Shown here: positions 49,550 to 54,425 of the stretch, in pieces
How the letters are laid out: each line of letters starts with the position of its first letter
Numbering within the stretch: the first letter of the stretch is position 1
The notes under the pieces: model-generated
Told to the model about the DNA's origin: nothing
Database searches by the model: none
Seen by the model: the letters and a program-made list of their open reading frames with translations, nothing else
Position numbers and translations under genes: made by a program
Source of the DNA: Octopus sinensis
Lineage: Eukaryota
Assembly: GCF_006345805.1 (NCBI RefSeq)
Contig: NW_021835160.1
Location: 1 to 54,425, forward strand
Length of the DNA stretch: 54,425 nucleotides
Direction: 5' to 3'

Positions 49550-50687
49550 CTTTCTTTCTTTTATTAGCCACACAGGGCTGAATACAGAGGGGACAAATAC
49601 AAATGCAGACAGCATTTTCTTTCGAGGGTGGAAAAAAAAATAAAAAATGTAAGATTGCGATCAAAAGGGATCGAGAGGAGGAAAAAAAAAAAGGAAAAAA
49701 GGAAAATCGTGTATCACAGAAATAATGGTGTAAACATTGATATATAACAAGATTGGGTTTCTCCGTGGGGAAGAAAAGCCTACAGAAAAGACCACGGAAC
49801 CCCCATTCAGGGAGGAAATAACACAATGAGGTCAAAAATGCTCTCTTTCTTTCTTTTTTACGATCTACAGGATCATGCTCAAAATGGTTCGTTACTAGCA
49901 CGCACCATCTTGCAACATTCACCCATCTTTTTTTTGAATCTTTCGCGAGACAAAACTTTCCTCTCCATTCTCACCTTCCTTTTCAAGTGGTACTTGAAAA
50001 AGTTGATGAGCGATTGGCCAGAGAGGTAAGTGTTTGTCTCTAATCCTTTCGCTCGAGTCCACCACACACATTCTTTCACATGGCCACCAGTACGATGAAA
50101 CTGCCTTGCCTTCCCGGTTGAGGGAAGGGGGCCGGAGCAATTCTCACGATAGACTCGGCCGATAGGCGGATTCGTCCACACGTGACAGCAGCCGTTCGGC
50201 ATAAGCCCACAGGTCGAAATGGTTGGACATTGCACAGAGGCGTGCAGAACGGTTTCGTCGCTCTGACCGCATCTCGGGCAAGTCGGTCCAGTGTGTCTGG
50301 AACCGTGTCTGTAGAGCTTATCCCGAACAGGTAATGCTTCTCGATAGCACTGCCAGGCCAGGGATCTTTGGTGATTGTTCATAGGTCCCGGCCCGAATTG
50401 TCCTGAACAGCGGCGGGTCAGGTGTTCCTCGTCGACGCCCAGACTCTGCCCGAGTTCGTCGTCGCACCTCCCCTCCACTAATCCTCTATAGAATGCCTTT
50501 GTTGTGATGGAGTCGCACAAGTTCGATCCCGGACGGCAGAGTTGCTTGAGAGCAACGCGACACTCGCGGTGGCATCGCCTAGCCTCGGTCTCTGCTTGAT
50601 CCATGACTGTAGTTCGTCCAAGGAGACGAGCTGCGGGAAAGCGCGCCCGCACAAAAGGCGACGCACCCCTGTTCACCGTTGTCTATG
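49549..50687 (-). mobile_element. 5'-truncated copy of the same LINE (ORF2 C-terminus + 3' UTR)
   Basis: Colinear with 43199-44334. Encodes CYREALPVRDKLYRHG..CPRCGQSDETVLHASVQC. GATA repeats on both sides. Confidence 0.9.
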
Positions 50688-50778
50688 GTGATAGATAGAT
50701 AGATCGATAGATAGATAGAATAATAGATAGATAATAGATAGATATTGTCTTTGGTTGTCTATATAGATAGATAGATAA

Positions 50779-50815
<37 letters not shown>

Positions 50816-50888
50816 ATAGATGATCATAGATAGATAGATATGTTTCTTATAAGATAGTATAGATGGATAGATAGATCGATAGATTAGA

Positions 50889-50919
<31 letters not shown>

Positions 50920-51348
50920 AGAGTAGATAGCTGGATAGTGATAGAGAATAGAGAAATATAGATAAGGGGGATAAATAAAAAAAAAAAAAAAAAATAAAAA
51001 GATAGATAGATAGATAGATAGATGGATAGATAGATAGATAGTAGATAGCTAGATAGATTAGAAAGATAGATAGAAAAGACCACGATGATAGGTAGATAAA
51101 TAGATAGATAACTTTCTTTTTTAGGCCACACAGGGCTGATACAGAGGGGGACAAATATAGATAGATAGATAGATATATTTCTAGATTAATAGAGAGATAG
51201 ATAGATGGACTGAGATAATAGATAGATGATAGATAGAAGATAGTAGATAATCGATAGATAGATAATAGATGGATGGATGATAGATAGCTAGATAGATGAT
51301 GAGATAGATAGATAGATAAGATAATAGACTAGATAGATAGATAAGATA

Positions 51349-52506
51349 ACTTTCTTTTATTGCCACACAGGCTGATACAGAGGGAACAAATACAATGCAA
51401 GAAGCTTTTCCTTTTCGAGGTGGAAAAAAATAAAAAATGATCAGATTGCGACTCAAAAGGGATCGGAGAGAAGAAAAAAAAAAAAAAAATAAAAAAAAAG
51501 GAAAAAAGGAAATCGTGTATCACGAAATAATGGTCGTAAACAATTGATAAACCCCTATTGGGTTCATCCGTGGAAGAAAAGCAAAAGCCTACAGAAAGAC
51601 CACGGGAACCCAGTCACAGGGAGAAATAAACACATGAGGTCAAAATGCTCTCTTTCTTTCGTTTTTACCGATCTACAGGATTCATGCTCAAAATGGTTTC
51701 GTTTACTAGCACGCATCCATCTTTGGCAACATTCACCCATCTTTTTTTGAATCTTCGCGAGACGAAACTAACTTCCTCTCCATTCTCAACCTTCCTTTCA
51801 AGTGGGGTACTTGAAAAAGTTGATTGAGCGATTGGCCCGAGCGGTACGTGTTTGTCTCTAAATCCTTTCGCTCGAGTCCCACCACAACACATTCTTTCAC
51901 CATGCCACCAGTACGATGAAACTGCCTGGCCTTCCCGGTTGGGGAAGGGGGCGGAGCATTCTCACGAATAGACTCGGCCGATAGGCGGATTCGTCCCCAC
52001 GTGACAGCAGCCGTTCGGCATAAGCCCACAGGTCGAAATGGTTGACTTCACGAGTGCGTGCAGACGGTTTCGTCGCCTCTGACCGCATCTCGCAAGTCGG
52101 TCCAGTGTGTCTGGAACCGTGTCTGTAGAGCTTATCCCGAACGGTAATTCTTCTCGATAGCACTGCCAGGCCAGGGATCTTTGGTGATGTTGTCATATAG
52201 TCCCGGCCCCGAAGTTGGTCCTGGACAGGCGGGGTCAGGTTGTTCCTCGTCGACGGCCCATACCTCTGCCCGAGTTCGTCGTCGCACCTCCCCTCCACTA
52301 ATCCTCTATAGAATGCCTTTGTTGTGATGGAGTCGCACAAGTTTCATCCCGGACGGCAGAGTTGCTTGAGAGCAACGCGACACTCCGCGGTGCCCATTCG
52401 CCCTAGCCCGTCCCTCTGCTTGATCCATCGTAGTTCGTCCGGAGACGATCTGCGGTAAAGCGGCCGCACAAAAGGCCTACACCCCCCTTGTTCCCGTTGT
52501 CCTATG
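51349..52506 (-). mobile_element. Second 5'-truncated LINE copy with the same truncation point, indel-rich
   Basis: Colinear with 49549-50687, offset 1800 bp. Same GTTGTC(C)TATG|G junction into GATA repeats. Confidence 0.85.
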
Positions 52507-52684
52507 GGTGATAGATAGATAGAAGATAGTAGATATAGATATAGATAGATAGATAGTTGTCTTTGGTTGTCTATATAGATAGACTCGATAAATTGATAGA
52601 TAGATAGATCTATAGATAGATAGATAGATAATCGATCGATAGATAGATAATCGATAGTAGATATGATAGATAGATAGATAGATG

Positions 52685-52760
<76 letters not shown>

Positions 52761-52761
52761 T

Positions 52762-52805
<44 letters not shown>

Positions 52806-52851
52806 ATTAGATAGATAATAGATAGATAGATGGATAGATAGATAGATATAG

Positions 52852-52893
<42 letters not shown>

Positions 52894-52959
52894 TTATGTA
52901 TGTATCTATAGATATGTATATATACATGCATACACATGCACACACATATGTATGTTTGT

Positions 52960-53300
52960 GTGACGATGAAGGGGGGGAAAAGAAGTGGGTAGGAGTGAAG
53001 AGAAGAGAGAACGAGAGTAGGAGTGAATAGAAGTAGGAGTCGGAGCACGAGAGGAGAGGTGGGTGGGAGGAAGTAGGTGTGAGGAGAGAGGCGACGGGAG
53101 GAGGTTACTTGAAGAGGGGAGGAGACTTGAGCCCATGTGTCGCAAAAGATCGAAGAGAGAAGATTGATCCCTGTTCACGGTGCAAACGGGAGCCCGAATG
53201 GCCCCCTGTGCACGGACAGATGTTGCAAAAGTGACCGGTAGAGCGGGATTGGCGCGAGACCAAGGTATCATTGCCACAGGATATAGCAAAATTTTGCATT
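52960..53300 (-). mobile_element. Penelope-like element 3' remnant (GIY-YIG C-terminus plus CT-rich tail)
   Basis: ORF 53105-53299 DTLVSRQSRSTGH..REQGSIFSLRSFATHGLK resembles the PLE endonuclease ending PVxxHFxxxGH..REQxxIFxLxTxxPxGLN. Confidence 0.6.
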
Positions 53301-53604
53301 ATTTTGAAGATGTTTTTGCACTTTCCATTTATGCAGTTTTGTGGTTAATCTATTTAGCATTAAATGTGATATAAATTATTTACATGTTTTCAAGTTACGA
53401 AACAATTTGTCGTGATATTAGAATTTTCATACTGTTAAATAAAATTTCATCAAACTGCTTCATTTATGATTTCATTGTATTTTCTTGTATCGTACTATGT
53501 ATTGTATATGTTTTGTAGAATGATACGTTAAGGAGGTTTTAATTATGAGTACTACCGCATTACTTGAATCCATATAATGATACTTAAATTTATATATATA
53601 TATA

Positions 53605-53765
53605 ACCGTGACCGACCAGGCTATCAGATGTTGCTACACATCGCTGGTCACAATGCGCTTCGCATTGTTTTAGCCTTCAAATGACGCCACCCCGCTGGCT
53701 AAGCGAGCTGGCCAACAGAAGAAAGAGTGAGAGAAAGTTGTGGCGAAAGAGTACAGCAGGCGAAG
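53605..53765 (-). mobile_element. SINE 3' fragment sharing a central block with 24760-24800 but with a different tail
   Basis: CTGCTGTACTCTTTCGCCACAACTTTCTCTCACTCTTTCTTCT is shared; downstream sequence differs. Confidence 0.6.
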
Positions 53766-53872
53766 AGTACAGCTATGTGTATGTATGTCGCTGTGTATAT
53801 GTATATGCTCACACACACATATATATGTATTTATATGTGCGTGCGTATATATATGTATGTATTTATATATGC

Positions 53873-53925
<53 letters not shown>

Positions 53926-54393
53926 TATATATATGAAAGTATGTATTTATATATGTATGTATATATATATGTATATATGTATATATATCCATATGTGTAT
54001 GCATGTATGTATGTATGTATACATTTGTAATACATTCTTGGTGTGAGGATAAATATTTCCTGGACATAACGACAATATTCCTGTATGCAAAAGTTTAGCA
54101 CAGTCATAAAAATAAATAAGAATGAGAAATAGCTGATGAAATGAAATGGGAAAATAAATCAGTGTCAAATTGAAGCGCAAAAGAAAACCGGATCCATGTC
54201 CAAGGAAACGATATATTAGTTTAATATTAATACATCTTATTCTATGGATTTCTGATTTCGCTGTATAGATATGAGTCGTTTTGGCACCGCTAATTTGGCG
54301 TCGCCCATTGGCGCTAACAGTTTGACATCAAACGCTTTGATGTTTCTCTAGTTCGTTTCCCTCCCTGTTTCTCCTTCTCTCTCTCCCCATTTG

Positions 54394-54425
<32 letters not shown>

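Noticed and set aside
49879-50676. 265-aa ORF as an independent gene
   Set aside because: A frameshifted mosaic of the LINE ORF2 C-terminus.

Overview
AT-rich, microsatellite-saturated eukaryotic genomic DNA. The SINE repertoire looks like that of an octopus; this is recognised from memory, not from a database search. There is one convincing host gene: a minus-strand coding exon for a signal peptide-LRR-Ig-transmembrane receptor (11803-10403), preceded by 358 further stop-free in-frame codons. The rest is repeats: (TA)n/(CA)n/(TACA)n/(GATA)n arrays, three tRNA-derived SINE groups, a TIR-bounded MITE, several Penelope-like element (PLE) remnants, and a ~6.2 kb Tx1/L1-type LINE embedded in (GATA)n with two 5'-truncated tandem copies. 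Three observations stand out. (1) A 284-bp near-perfect palindrome (24293-24576) carries on each strand a minimal type I hammerhead fold with a swapped G3:C8 core, next to a more conventional PLE-type hammerhead. (2) The LINE 3' terminal 41 nt match the 3' tail of a resident SINE family at 32/41 positions, a candidate SINE-LINE partnership. (3) The LINE may target GATA microsatellites. Almost all other ORFs in the track are translations of simple repeats.
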